Notes: a model not told the origin generated them from the letters alone. A stretch of 64,000 nt of DNA from Catajapyx aquilonaris (GCA_000934665.2 JYFJ02004750.1:1-64000), one strand, 5' to 3'. Positions 12,401 through 28,029 are shown, numbered from the stretch's first letter. Program-made: numbers and translations.

Positions 12401-15400
12401 GTTGGCCCCCTCCTCATTTAGGCAACCTTGGGGTAAGGTCACGAACCTCCCTTCTCTTTTCCCCCTCAAACCTCCTCCTCTGGGCAGCTGCCCCTCGACC
12501 CCCGCGTGGTAACATTTTTTGGTCAGAAACGGTGCGAGCACGGAACTAGGTCGGACGAAAAGGGTACAACCAATTGGCTGCTTGTTTACATTCTTGCCGC
12601 CATCACTCTCACCCCCTCCTAGTCCTCAATCTCCAAGAGCGCTATACCGTTAGCCCCAATTGCTCCCCCTAATGACTTTCTCCTGGCATATAGCGGGGGA
12701 CTCATACTTCGACCAAATATATTTATGGGAGGATACCAAATTTGAAAATCGAATGTGGTATTCGCAAGATTTGTTGTGAAAGCCTATTTCGTATGCGTAA
12801 AAGTTCCGCCAGCCACAATAAAACTGCCCACCCTGGAGTGCTTCAACAAGTAGGCGGTTCCATTAGGTGACAATGTAATATGATAAAGCGACGATGTCAG
12901 GATATAGTGTAATGCCGCTTACTTTGTATATTTTACACAAAAAATATGCACTATTTTTTTTTTAATTGCATATTTTCCATTTCAAAACATCCTGCCAATT
13001 CTATGCACAGATCCTACATAAAAAGCACAAAACATCAGCACAACATCCACAATTGATTAATCACCATTACGCGACCGTTACCACAAAACCATGCTGTTAT
13101 GCAGCTCCATCCACTGTCAAAAAAACATCAAATTCGGTCTGTTCCGCCTCCAAAAACGGGTTGGCCTTTCTTCGAAAAGGCAAGCATGTAAAATCTTGGT
13201 TTTCGTGCTTGGGCCATGTGGCCAAAGTTGTTGCTTACAGCCTCTTCACAAAGAGAATTCCTCCCGCTGGTTGCTGCCGGCCGCTATTCGTTCTGTTTCT
13301 CCGTAGGATGACGGCTCTTCAGCCAGGTGACACCGCCAGGCATACCAACCAACCGAGCTCTTTCCCAACCCGGGGGTAACTTATACAACAAAGCTCCCTC
13401 GAGCAAAGGAGCTCCCACCAAATGGAAGCCGCACAATAAAACCTTCCCTCCCGGACACACATAAAAAATGAATTGATTTGGTTAATAAAATCTCCATAGA
13501 AAAGTACGCTCCACATTTCATGTCCAAATGGATTTCTCCAATGCTTGTGAAATTCCCGCGACAGCAATGAATAGCTGCTTATTACATTTCTTGCAACAAG
13601 AAAACTTCGATTTCCTCTCTCCACAAATTACCCTTCTTTTGAGGAGAAAAAAACGAGCGAGAGAGAGAGAGAAACGGTTGGCAGGAGGATGGAAGTTGCT
13701 GATTGAGATTGGCAATTGCAGAGCAACAAGAAAGAAGAAGGCCAACTAAAGTCATTTTACACTCATTCTGTTAAAACCGGCTATGAACCGATAATCGATA
13801 GTCTCTCCGTGACGACTCTTTTCTCCTGCACTTTCTCAGCAAGAGAAGGAAAAGATCACATTCTCTACAGCCTAATGAGGTACGGTATTGGCATTGCGTC
13901 AGTTCAACCATATATTGCGATCAGTTGCTGCAATGCGAATCACAGTTGATATTTGCTCTCAGAGTTCCATTCATGTGGGGCTACCAATTAGAAGCCTTCC
14001 TCATATCACATACTGACACAGTGCATACAGGGTAATGCACTGACCACCCTGTAAACCTTTCCAAATACGTTACTATACAGTGTATACACTGGTCAAAAAG
14101 CTCGCTTAAATAAGTCAAAATTGAGCTCTTTGGCGGCAATGTACCAAAGAGGCGAATGACCATGCCCCACCATATTCTATATTTATATGTCCCGTATAAG
14201 TACTGTCCTATTGACTCTAACTTCACATCAACAACTTATCCACAGCATCAGCCGATAGGCTTCATAAAAACTCCCATCTTGCATGGTATGGTATAGTGTC
14301 GACCAGGGTGTGCAAAAATGCATGCGATAAAAGTGCGCTTCTTGCAACGCGGACCCAAAATCGGGTTTGGGGCAAAAAAACAAAAGGGAACTAAACTTGT
14401 CACTGCAAATAAAACACAAAATATTCATCTACAAACATTTCGTTATGGGCGTCGTATTTACACAAAGAGCACGTAAATGAAATTTGGCCAACTCGCACCG
14501 GCTGTCAAAACCGCGCATTGGCAAATTCCGCTTTTGCAAACCCTTTTAGCGCCACTTGCACTTTTTTTCCCTCTCGTTCCCGCGCCAGCAGCAGCAGCAA
14601 GAGGAGGGTGAAAAAAAAAAAAAAATATCGCGCACCAAGCCAAAATCCGATTCGCACATGATTTTGTTCGGAAGCGGCCTAATCCAGGACACTGGAATCG
14701 CATTAATCCGTCGTAGGGTGACTGCCCCGCACAACTTCCCGCTTGACCTCGCTTGGCCTTGGCCTCACAATGGTAAAGGACCTCTCTCATCCTGCCGCCC
14801 GGTGTAAATCACCACACTAACATAGCCTACATCTGCCCAACTGCCGATGACCGCGTGTCAGACAGGCTCAAGATCTCATGTATAGCACACGAGCTCAAAG
14901 AGACAATGGACACCTTCATACGGTCCATATGTACAAATCTCCAGATGATATGTTGAATGTGTCCCATCTCAGCGTGTAAATAGATGCAAAAATGACCAAG
15001 ATATAGTGCAGAATTTTGGCATTTTCCCTTAGATTCGCCTGATGGTTGGGGCTTGTCTCAAGTAACTCACATTTACAATCCATGGTTCCCTTTAACTTAT
15101 TTCGTTACTCAAGTGCTGGTCTTGACATTTGTCACAATACTGGTCATGCATGGGACACGTGCAGGGCCATTTTTCTTTCGATGCCAAACACCTCCTCCCT
15201 TTCTAACATCTGACAAATCTGGATTTGCGAAATTGAATTTGCATCTAGGTGATTCTGCTGCAGGATGGAAAAATAAATGCACAAATACGGACGCTGGAAA
15301 AGCTGCTTCCCGGAGCCTGGAAATGCGAATTTTGAAGACTCTTCCGCCGCATCGGATAGCATCTTAATTCTAGCAACGACTTATTCTTAAAACTACAGCA

Positions 15401-18400
15401 GGAGCCGATCAAAATAAGCCTCACCCGAATCTTCGCGCCAAATGCCCATTTGAAAAAAAAAAACCTGCATAAATCACAGGTTGACACAAAGAGATTGCTC
15501 CGCCACGCCATTTTATCCGCAATAAAATTAAATTACAACTGGTGCAGTGTCAAAGTTGTCTGGAAAAAGTCCTACTGATCCTGTCCCCAGGCAAGCGCCT
15601 ACAATGGCGAGAACAGCAACGCGAACGCTTCAAGCCGCTTAGCTGATTGGATTACGATTAAGGCGAAGACAGCTTTCCTGTAAGCACAAACAAAGCGCAA
15701 TGTTCCAAAGGGACAAGATAATATCGTGATAGATCTAATTTTTTAAACAGAAAAAAAAGACAAAATGGCCAAACAGACTAAACAGCCAGTTTTTGACAAC
15801 CCTGCATATGTGCGATGTGGTAACAATGTTCCTCGCTAGTTGGTAGCGGAATCTGGTGAGTGAATTAGGAGGTCAGCCAGAATGTCCCAAGCAGTGTATC
15901 ACTCACAATAGCAGGTTCGCGAAAAGAAAAAAAAAAAAGGCTATACACTATTCAGGTTGAATATCTAGACATCCCCTCGACAGACCATCCGACAGCAACC
16001 CGGTATCTGTTTGGCGTGTATTAGACAGTTAGTACAGCGGGAGGGCAGTTGGGGACAGGAGGCAAATGAGAAATTTGGAGCCAGAGTGGCAATGTCGAGG
16101 GGTGGAGATTCCGAAAGTCCCCACCAACTCATGCAAGATGAATACATTTTAGCAAGAGGGGTGTGTGTACTTTTTCGCACAGAGGCAAGAGCACAAGCGC
16201 AAATCGTGGCCAAGTGCAAAATAAACAGCCGCACTTTCATTAGCAGCGAAAATTGTTTTCGTCCCGCACTTTGCACGCCTTGTATGATTAAAATAGGAAG
16301 GAAGGAGGCTGGTAGAGGGTGCAGGAGGAGGGGAGGAGGGGGGGGGGATAAAAAACTCATTAGCACCCAGGCCTAAGTCGAGACCCGACTTGATACTTGG
16401 CAACTTATAACAGGCTCTCTAACCAGGCGATGAAAATTTCAGCTCGATGGCATGTTTCGGCCAGGTAACATGTAAACAGAAGGGTGAAGTTTTGTTTCGC
16501 GTGTGCGAGGCAGCATCAGGAAGGGTGAGAAGTCCCCTCCTTTTCCCTCGCCTCCATCAGCTGCCCTCCGGATTTTGCAGAAAGGAAAGGCCATGAATAG
16601 TTGAGCAACTTGGCAGACACCGCAAAAGCTGAAAAATGAATCGCAGCTCCATAAACAGCCGACGATACGCTGAAATATTCAACGCCCCATCGATTTCATA
16701 ATTAGGCTGCCTGCTATCACCCGCCTGTATCTCCCCTCGTTCTGTCGGAATAATCATTTCCCGCTCCCTGAACAACAAACGGCGACATGCGCTGCTCATT
16801 AATACACCTGCTGTTGTCTTGACTGCAAGAGTCAATATAGGCTGGTTCTGGAGAAGAAAATTGGCAAAAGTCAGCCTAATGCACGCAACTCCAACGTTCA
16901 TGTGGCAACTAACCACACCATATGTGTCAAAAATCAGAAATATCATATCGTCCAATATCTGCCTGAACCGTCCCACGGCAGTTTAAAAGCCATAATTCGC
17001 GGTCTTCTTGCCCCCCCCCATCCACTCCATCACGCTTGATGAGCGAATGAGTGCCCAGTTCCGTCACTCCTCAGGCCGGCAGGTCAAAGGGCAAGAGGGT
17101 CCCTCCCAATGGGGGCCTCAGCATGAAGTCCGCTGTAGAGCCGCAAGGGGGGTTTGGGGGTTCCTCTTCGCTCATTTGCATCCGACTCCTCTACAGCTCT
17201 ATTGAATTGCCAGCGAGCTTGATAGCCGGGCCCACACTGGGGTGCATTCAGTCTTCCGACACGCCCACCTGCCAATTAGTCACCTTTCCTCGCGTGGCCT
17301 CTACTCATGCACACAAAACTCCGCCAATCCACAATGCGATTGTTATTGGAGTGGAAATCAATTCCTTAATCTACGATCGCATAATTATTAGCGCCCGGGA
17401 GAGCCTCACTGAATGCAAAAACGCGCATAAAACTGGATTTACGAGCCCGGATAAAATAGCAGGCGGAATAATGTGCACATTTTTCCAATTCTCTCCTCCT
17501 CCACCTGAGAGATGTTGCCCCCGAGTTAACGAGGTCCGTGAGCACGCACGCGGCATATTTCACGTCGTGTTCATTTCATTTGCAACTGCAAGAATCCCTC
17601 CTCATTAGTTTAGGCCAAGCCTTCCCCACACGACCCCACCCCTATACTCTCCCTCTCCCCCTTGGCCAACAAAAATCATTTCTCAATTTTGCCGCAGCTA
17701 TTTTCATTTCGAGAGAAAAAGAGAATGAGGAGGGTTCAATTATTTTATGCGGAGGCACGACAGTATAAGTCCAATGCCTGCAGTAATAGCATGCTGCAGA
17801 TTGTTATTCGATCTGGGATGCACCGATTTGAAAGTGTGACGGCACATACTCGACACACAGTAAATCAAAAGGAAAGCTGATCTGCAGAAAAGTCTGTAAC
17901 CAAGTGGTCAAAGTGTAATACCAATCATTCTACGTAGCACTTAGAGCAATATATTACATTAGTAATTAATTTTCAAAGTCGCTGGTTAGGGTGCATATAC
18001 CCAGTGCATAGTATATATACAATTCCCATACTGAAGTCAGGCGGTCTATGCATAAAAGATAAAAATCCATGATAGCCTATATTAAATTGCTGGAAATAAC
18101 AACACAAAGCTATACAGTACCACGACACTGTTCTTGTTGAAATTTTCAATCACTTCCCTATTATATTAATTAGGATAGGCCAGTAACTGCAAGTAACTTG
18201 TCTATTAGCACCATTATACTGTACGCTCTATAGTTGTCTATAATATTTATGCCCATAGGCGATACCACCATTAGCTACAGTATATCTCGCCCGATATTGT
18301 AAGCCTACACTGTGCTGTATAGGCCTATACTGCATAAATACTTTAAAATCTAGTTACAACTCGGAAATTGTGCCCCAGAAAATTGACCAGAAACAAAAAA

Positions 18401-21400
18401 TAATAGGCCTATCCGTGCTTTTAAGAATAATATGTATACTGGACCTTTCCTATTGTATATGTATAAATTCACAATAATAAATGATACCTAACAATAGAGC
18501 TATCTGTGATACCAGCATATTCCACAGTTACGAGATAAAAGTTTTTAAGAGCTTTGTATGTAGGCTTACAAAATTTATTACATACATATTGTACCATAAT
18601 GAAATGGTTGCCTACTTTACTTCATTAAATCAACTCCATCAGAATGTGTAAATAATAATTATCTTTTATAATTATCTCATAAAAGAGACAAATAATAATC
18701 TAGTCTGACTTTCTATTCATTGCTGGATCCTGCATATGCAGCCAGAGGAAAATTAAAAAAGCAAAATTAATTATCGCTTTATATTGCTAGATCGCAGTTT
18801 TCAACCCGTGATTATACATAAAAATACTCGAAAAGGCCAGCATCTCAAGTACTCGTACATTTCGAAATTTGGACTAGGCCTACTAAATAAAAGTACGAAT
18901 ACTGGGTATATGAATCAAAATCCTAATGTACTACACCGCACACAGCCATTATATCGGACGTGAAAAAGATGCTACAAGCGAACCCCCTTTTAAAAAAAGA
19001 CACGTCGCCAAAAAACAGCTGTAGTAATGAATACTAATAGGACATTAGCTGGCCGATACTATATAAAACGGCGAATCGAAAGCAATTCGCATAATAAGAT
19101 ACGCAGGCAGCGAAACCATAAGATAGTCGCGGCATCATTTATTTGCATTTCTCTGAGAGGATGGGCATACAAAATGGTTCAATAAAGTCAAAATGGCTAT
19201 TGATTCTGTCCACAACTTAGGCCGTTAGGTGGAATGAACATTACTATACCATTCACTTACAGTGCTTCTACAGTCACTATACTTACCTCGTATATAGAAT
19301 GCATTTCCTTCTCTGAAAACTTTATATTCATTCATAACTTTCAATGCCATGGTGAGGGAAAGTGAAGCCAGAAAAACATGAATTTCCAAGAGAGAGTGTA
19401 ATGTACAGTACTGCACTGTAAAAAGTACATGATGCTGCAACACCGTCCAACAACAGCCAGGGTGTGTGTTAAAGAGACCATATTGACGGATTTTCAGAAA
19501 CTTCTCTTTACCTTGAAGATATGCAGTAAACGACCACAATATCAGTGCATAATCTTGTAAGGTTCACACCGTAAGTAGCTATTCACTAGCTGATTTCTAT
19601 ACAACCATGCTGATGGCCCCAGAGGAAAGGCATGGCAAAACTGTACCTGGCTGCGCCACTCGTTCACATGTACCAATCGATTGCCACTTCAGTAGCATTT
19701 TAATTTTCCATCCGTCCGAGATGGACCAACTCGCCTGGCTGGCTATAGAGTCAATGTTTCCAATGCAGTGCAGGTCTAGGTATATGTGTGTAGAGAGGGG
19801 GGAACGAGCAGAGAGAGGGGGAGAGCTAAAGGAAGGGGAAGATATTGAATTTTACAGCCAGACTACGACAATCATCCATCTGCCAAATAAGTTTACAAAA
19901 CTTCTGCAGACTTGCCGGAAAAGGTCGAATGAGGTTGTCTAGAAAGCAAACAAGAGTTCTGGTTGCGATTTAAATGCCTCCTTTCTTTTATGGTCTTACT
20001 TTTAACTCCCAAACAAATGATTTTGAAAGGGTTCGGGCACTTATACTATATTAGACAGATAACATTGCTGACAACAGTTCTCTTCGGCATCACACCCTCA
20101 ATAAGAGTCATTTCAATATATGTAACACCTTGAAATAAAAGGAGATTACAGTTAACAGTAAAGGCAAGCGGTTTCCCTCCAAGAGTTTAGTTGACGATGC
20201 GTACAGTAGTGTTTGCGGATTTTTTGGCTGAAGCTAGTATAAAAGGGGTGGGGTAGGAAAGGGTGAGTGGGTGTGTCGGGCGGAGGGTGGGGAGGGGATG
20301 GGAAGGGGGTAAAGGGAGGGAGGGAGGGAGAGCAAGGCTTTTGAAACATTCACCAGCTGCGGCAAACATCCAGCAGCAGGAATGGAAATTCCTCTACATT
20401 GTTTTATTATACCGTTCCATATTTTATGAGCCTTCCTCCCTCCCCTCCCCTCCCTCCCCACCCCCCTGCTTCCCTTTATTCCCACTGAAAAATGGAGACT
20501 AATGATTTATGGAAAGAATTACAAGTATCCTCTGGCTTATTGGTCATAAGTGCACGAGCCCGGTTTCCATGTGATTCCCCGAGTTTTTCACAACCTGCGC
20601 ATTTGTATCGGCTCTCGGTCCGTCCCATCAATATTGATTTAGAGATTATGAAATTAACTGTCCGCCAAGATCCCCCCAGTCCCTCCCTGTGCTCCCCTGT
20701 GGACATTAGCCCTGCCGGGTTGCTCAGATAAATTCCTGCAATTAAGGATACTTGTTCCATGCCTCAAAACACCTATCAGGCTTGATAATTTCCCTGCAAA
20801 ATTGTTGCCACAGATCCGATCGCCGCTAAATAATGTGGCTAACATTAAATTGCTACAATGTTGTAATAGCTATTGAATTAGAAATGACTCCACAAAATTA
20901 GAGAAAAGCAGACAAAGGCCTTACCGTGGTAGAGAAATTGCAAGTAATCACGAGGCACCAAAAGCAAGAGCAACCTTCCTGCTGACCCGATATGGACAAA
21001 CTAGCTCTGCTTGTATGTGTTACTTTCAGGCTCCCCTGTGGGATAGGAGGGGAGAACCAGAGAGCACGAGCTTGCCCCAAAGACGCCATGTGCGACGCGA
21101 ACCACAAGGAAAACCGCTCCTTAACATAACACCACTGGATACCGCTCACGTGTAGCGTACAGTACACGTGCAGATCCTGTTTCCAACCCGTTGTTACCCA
21201 TCACCTTGCCTGCATGATACTAAGGGGGTTAAATCCATATCTACCATACAGTGAAACTATATCTCTATGATCCGATACTTGAACATAGCTATAACCCACT
21301 ATTCATTCATTGATTTACCCATTCATTCATTCTTAGGTTCACTGTTACGAAGGGGTTTCGCTATGTTGATGTACTGCCAGGTCTATTTTAGGCTCCAATG

Positions 21401-24400
21401 AGTAAATGACATGGACATCACTTATTGAAGGGCCAAGAGAGCAGCGATCCCATTACAGTCATCAACTGCGTACACAAGTACAGCAAATACTGCTGAACAT
21501 CCAAATGCGGCAGATATGCAAATTCACTAACCGCATATGCCACAGCGTCGGCTAAAATATCACCGCAAAACTAATAAAAGTCACGGAGAAAAACAAGGCA
21601 AACATCCCAGGCCACCTAATGAAAAATAAGCGAAGGTATACACTTCAATAAATAAATTCAACTCGTGGTTACAATAACACAATAAAATAATACGACAAAC
21701 CAAGTCGTTAATATTGACGACCAGCCCAGGTATGTACTTACGCTCCACGCACAGTACACAAATGCCCCTTTTCGTAAAAATTCAAAATCGTCCCCATCGC
21801 TGCAATGAAAACAGGACGACCTGCTGAAATGTAATCTGAAATCCACCCGTGCTTTGGGCTTGAATCCGAAGTCCTGGAGGCTAATAACAACTGCACAGTA
21901 TGTCAACAATAAAACTAAAGTCACGTGCACTCCAAAAATACTGGCCACAGTCTGAGCAATTTACCCGCATGATGTGCTTACGGCATCTTTCATTATCTAT
22001 ACTAGTCCATCACCAATTTTGACGTGTCACTCACTACAAGTTGTAGCTATCCGACTTGTCCAACAAGCATGTTTGTGCCACAAGGCAATCAATCAAATTG
22101 ATGCAGCATTATACCCACGTCCGCCAGGCGCTATTCATCCGGTCCGTATGCTATTGGAATCTCATATATCCTTTCATGTCTATTAAGTCCTTCGCCCCAG
22201 TATATCTCGTTTTAAAAATGTGAAACCGAAAAATACCAGAAAATTTCCAGCAGGTGAAACTGCAAAATCACAACGGTGTACACATTGCAACATGGCTGCT
22301 GGAAAGGCCGATTAAGAGGATGATCGGCTAGAGTTTCTGGAAAGAAAGGGCAAGGTTGCCGACGAGCATCTGGGCTTACACCACCTGTTTCTTCTCCAAT
22401 CTCTCCTGCACCAGTTCGACTCCACTCTCCCATCCATCATCCTCCACCTTCTAGGCCCCTAAACCCATGTGTACGTATATGCACAATATAGCTTCTCCAG
22501 CTGTACACAAAAGTTGCATAATTTTTCAACCCTGCCTTGACACAACCATTAGCATCATCACTTGATTCCCACCGGATTAGGATTTCACGGGCTGACAGTA
22601 ATTCCTTAAGAAATACATATTGCACGACGTCATTCGCCTTTGCATGGGCACTACCATAATAAGCTAACCACAATGTCCGCTTTCGTCGTTTATCTCCCCT
22701 CCTGTGATAGATAGGCAAATCACGTGCTAAGCAGCGCTCCTTCAAAATGTCCGGATATCCCGCAAGCACCCTCCAAGCCTGTTTAATTTTCATGACACTG
22801 GAATAACACACATTTATTCCTGCGATACTGTATATCATTTCCTATCATGACCTGGCAAAAGCTGAGTCTCCGTGAATTGAGATCAGGTGCTTCGATGAAC
22901 TTTCAAAAAAACTGGGTCTAATGTGTCAACGATAGTTGTGAGAGGACTGTACACATCAGCGTGATAGAATATTAGTCTACGAGTTGGGAGAGGAGTGTAA
23001 GTATAGAAAATCGCAGCCTATACTGTGATTCAAAGCAATGGTACTGTAAGTAAGCCTATACACAGGGTGGTGCATTTCCCATCCTCAATTTCAAGAGTAT
23101 TTACGTCCTGTTTACACCCACAACCAGCTTACGGAGACTGTACGAAATAATCAGGACCATATTCGCTTAAACCGACGTAACATGACATGCCAGCCGGTTC
23201 AGACCCAGATTTTCATAACACCTACAAGACACACCACTCAATCGATAGATGATGTAGGTTATGAACTGCCTAAGAAACAAAAACAAACCAGTCGGAAAAG
23301 ACTGTTGGGGCAGGTGACAGGTGTTGCGAGTTCCAACGGCCGCTGACATTGCGTGCTGCTCGAGCACGTGCACCACCCCCTGCACCTCCCTATGCAACAT
23401 ACACACACACCTGTGCCTCCAACAAGCTCTGAATTCTGCTGGACCTTCAATACAACACGCGTGCATGTCACGTTGCGCAATATGTGCTTATTACATACCC
23501 TGCACCCATAATGGCAAAGAAAACTGAAGCGATCCAAAGGGGCGCGGCCATGGAGCGGCCTTGGGGCGTCCACGCGACAAGGAACTCTAGCAATCAAGGG
23601 GAGAAAAGGGAGTAAAAAATATGTGAAGAGAAGAGGGAAGAAAAGAGCTGGCCCCCCTATGCCCAACACCTGTCGCCCCAATCTTAAGACCACGTTGCCA
23701 CGTGTTCCCAAAAAAATCCGGATCCAAATATACCGTACGACTATTTTTACGCCGGGATGCCGAATATCAGCAAAAATACCACCTGTGGCGCAATAGTTGA
23801 CAGGTGTCCATTTGCGATTTTTTGGGGGGGCTCGATACACTGAAAGGGGTTGATGGCCTCGTTTATCAGGGCAGAAAGAATGCTGATTATATGTCAGCAA
23901 AAAAAAAACTAGGGGCATTGAGGCATGTAATGGTTGAACGTACTTTTGAAAAAGGAGCGCGATGCAAGGTGGAAATTGTTGGCTTGTTCACTCCCAGTTA
24001 AGAAAATCGCCCAAGGACTGCGATGCCCTGAGTCGACAATACACAAATTAAGCAACGGCTCTGAAATAATTTAGCACTAAGTTTGCAAGTGGCCCTTACA
24101 GTTTGATGATGTTTAGGGGCTATCTTGAAAGGTTCTCCCCATATTACAAGGGTTGCTGTGTGTACAGCTACATCTTTTTTGCTAAGCTTCTGCACTTATA
24201 TGTTCAGGTCGCCATAGTCACGCTCCACGAAAGAAACGCGAGCCCATGAGATGATGCACAACAGGTGCTGCTGCAGATGAGTTTCACGAGCAGCAGCAGG
24301 CAGTGGCAGCAGAGGCGGTTGATTAGCCACCACCTGCTATCTTACCTTCTTCCCCACCCCAACAGCAGCGCGACCCAACAACCCCCCGGTCCTTGGCGGC

Positions 24401-27311
24401 CTCCAACACCAGATGGCCCACAACCAGCGTCTTTACCTTTCCAAAAGCTGCAGATCACCTTTACCATGCAGAAACGGACCTATTCAAAGCCTCGTCTTTG
24501 AATCTCATGTCGCAGAGGCAGGCAGGCTTGCGTTAAATGTGCTTGAGGCTCGTACTATATTTAGCGGGTGCAAAGTGAATAAGTGGGAGGAAACGCAATG
24601 AAGGCTACACAGAACCCTGGGAAAAGGTGATTGGAAATAAGGAAACGCAGAACGAGGCTGATGAGGAAAGCAGCATTAGTGGCAAAGAGCGTCTTCCTTT
24701 TTTTTCCCAGGTTTCCATGTTTTTAGCCTTTTTTTGGAGCTGGAATGACCCGGCGCCAAGGACAAGTATGGTTGGAAGGGCTACGATCCCTTGCCTGTCC
24801 TTAATGAGCCCATAAATTGAGCCTAAGCTTCCTTCAGTTCCACAGTGCCAAACTTACTTACTCTACTACACTTCATCCCAGACATGGTCATATCCGCCGC
24901 ACGCCCCCCATTTATTTATGGACTTTATGGCGCAAAAAAAACCCTCCATCGAATTAATAGAAGCCTGCCCAAGGATCCATGAATCACTTTCTCGCGGCAG
25001 CCAAGCTATATGCACTCACTCGATTCAGCTGCTGCTGCCAGTGCCTCAAGTTCCCCATTTTTCCTTCCCTGCAGCCTCCTGGTCCAACAGAGAATCCAGA
25101 AGTTGAACATTCGCCCAATGTGGCATCGAATTTTTAGAGTATCGGACCCCCACCTAAAATCCCACGACTCAAACGCGGCCTCAAGAAGCCGGCTGAGCGA
25201 ATTCCGGGCGCCAAGTGCAGTAATTAAATGACTCGTGCCCTGCTGAACAAATATTTCGCAAACTGGGCAGCCGGCGTTGAATTATTCTCGTTGCCCACTT
25301 GCTCCAAGCTTCTGGTGGCGAATGTTGACGTATGCAGAAGAGTCCCGACCGTTTGCATAGAAATGATTTCGATTTGGCAAGGATCTTCCACCTGCTCCGT
25401 TAGGCTATATAGTGTATACGGAGAGAGAGAGAGAGATGGACGGATGAATGTACTGCAGCTATGAAATGGATGACTGCTTCAGCAAGCTATTCTTGGCAAG
25501 AAAAGAACAGGATGAAGAATCTGACGGAATAAAAAAAAAAACAGGGCCATGTTCCAAAATGTAGGTGAGGATGAAAAGCGATATCCAACGGCCAAGATGG
25601 CAGTCCGGCAGACACAAAGGGATATATACACAGACGACGCTCAGATTGATTTAGGAAGGTGGACCCACATCCCTTCTCTCCCTCTGCCATGTATCACAGA
25701 TATTGATATAATATTTTGTAATGGCGATTCTATTATTCGCCAAGTGGAGACAAACGCCAGTCGGGCGATTTGTCAGCGGAAAGAATGGCCAGCAGGAGAA
25801 GGATCCGAAACTCTCTCTCTTGTTCAGGATCGTGCCAGGATATACTGTTTTTTTTCTACTTGACTTCTTTTTACTCCCTACTTCTGGACTCAGCCCAAAA
25901 GCAGCTTAACAAATCCCAAACAGCAAATGGATTGGAATTGTCGCCACAGTTTACTTGTTCACTACGTATCAACGCCTAATATACAATTTCCAACATTTTT
26001 CATCCCACTTACACATCCGCGTAAAATAAGACGACTTTTATTCCGCTTAAATATTAAAAAGACAACTTTCCCCGCAGCACCGCAGGAGTATACTACCCTA
26101 TGCATAAGACCCTAAAGTCGGAAGGAAGAAGTGGTATAACAGCGGAAGGAAGGAGAGTGATCAAGTGTGGTGAAGCGGTGGGAAAAATGCCAACTTATTT
26201 GGCAATTCCATGATTGGATGCAGAAGGCGAGAGAGGGGAGGGAGGGAGGGATAGAGGCACATTCTGATCATTCCATAAGCCACATGCGTCCGAAAGGCTG
26301 CTGGCTGGCTTGCCTCTTAATGGTTCGACGAGGAAGCTTTGCCTTAGGGATGGTGCCATTTCCCAAAAACAGCCAGAGCCTGCATGGGCCAAAATGTCGA
26401 GTTAAAGGCCAGAAGCATTAACGAGGAGATTAGATTCCCATCAAGCAAGTGGAGAGCGAAATGTTGGCCCCTACAATGCAGCTCACGTTCCCTCCACGAA
26501 AATTCCACTTTTCCCCATCTCCTCCTCCCCCACCCTTCTCTTCTCTACCTCTTCTGCGCTATTAGGCGTCCAACATGCTTCTCCTCACGACCTTTCCACT
26601 TTGTCAACCCTTGCCCTCCCCCTAATCATGTATATAGACCCGGGCCGATCGCAAAAATGGGCCTATTGTGCCAAGTTTTGAACCCGACGTTGGGCCTAAG
26701 GGCAGTGGAAGGGCAGGCAAGGGAAAAAGGATGCCGCGAGCCAGGAAGGCAGGCAAGCATGGAGGCGGCAAGCAAGCAGGCAGTTTGGCGGCAGGTGCCC
26801 CCGAGGGCAGAAACGGTGGCCCCGAGGCCACGAGCTGGGCGCGTGCTCCATTTTCGCGCTCCGATGAGCTTCTTCTAGTTTCCTCTCCCGCAACCACCTG
26901 TTCCATTATTATATTCTCTAACGTTCCGCCGCGGCCGAACTGGACCGTACCACGCCACTCATACGATAAGCACGCCTTTCCTTTTGGGCAATTTCTTGAC
27001 GATTCCGGTAGCAGATGTCACCCTCTATCCTCGGATGTGAATGACAATAATTAGAACATGGCTACGTTATGTAGAAAAAAATGCCGCAATTTTCCTATTT
27101 TCAATTGCTTCATAGAGGTACCTAGATTCCTATAGTTCGTAAGTTTAACAATGGGAGGGGGGCATGTGAATAGCCGAGAAATTGCCAAGAGCAGAAGACT
27201 GTCCATGTATTACTGCAAGTAATTATTAATCTTGATAATTGATTTGTTATTTTGGGTGGATTGGGAGGTGTAAAGTTTATTTTTACAGGAAGGCTGTTCT
27301 TTTTTAAATTA

Positions 27312-27600
27312 AGGTCATTCCTGATAATTATGTGCCATCATATCGAGAGCTGTTCCGTTAGGGTCCCCCTTTTGGTTTGAGATATAGTTCCATGTTCTTG
27401 ATTTATTTGATTGGTTACTCCTCTTGACCGGCATTTTCGCTGGGCATTTTCTTCCCGCCATCCAGACATTCGACGTCGGAATGAGCTTGGAGTTGGTCGA
27501 TTCGCACCTCCTCTCCTGGGGATAAGTTTATCCCTTGGTTATATATACGAACCTTCGTAACATGAGTCTAAGTCCATGAGCAGTCTCTTGTCTTGCTCTT
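27312..27600 (-). mobile_element. Possible highly decayed 3' fragment of an RTE-like LINE ORF
   Basis: Purine-rich minus strand with faint frame-broken resemblance to the RL.W.GHV.R...GRP..RW...DL C-terminal pattern of RTE ORFs. Weak. Confidence 0.25.
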
Positions 27601-28029
27601 AAGTGAGTTGCTTTGGGTCGTTTTCTACTGCTCTTATTATAGTAGGCTATTGTTTGGTTCTCTCATATTTCCTAGCTTCCGGCTACGCAGGTTTTTAAGT
27701 TCCTATACGTTTAGTATTTCTTAGAAAAGTTACCTCTTGCAGTCTTTGACTTGCTTTTACTTGTAAGTGATAAGTTCATATACCTATACTCTTACGTCAA
27801 GGTATACAGTACGTAGACAAGCCAGTTAAATAGGCTATAGGCCAAAGGAGTCAATGAAAAGAATGAAAAAGAAAAGGGCAGAAAATCTAAAGGGCTGCGG
27901 AGATATGTGCAAAATGACTAAATTCAAAACCTCCTAACAGCATCATTTCATTTTTTCTCGGGAAATATGAAATGGCTGTAAATAATGGCCACATCCCGTC
28001 ACACTTTCTTCTTAAACGTGCAGATTTAG

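Noticed and set aside
23259..23918. 219-aa ORF, and other long desert ORFs (17051-17608, 26384-26878, 43194-43766)
   Set aside because: No recognisable domain, compositionally biased, non-ATG or weak starts, no consistent splice structure.
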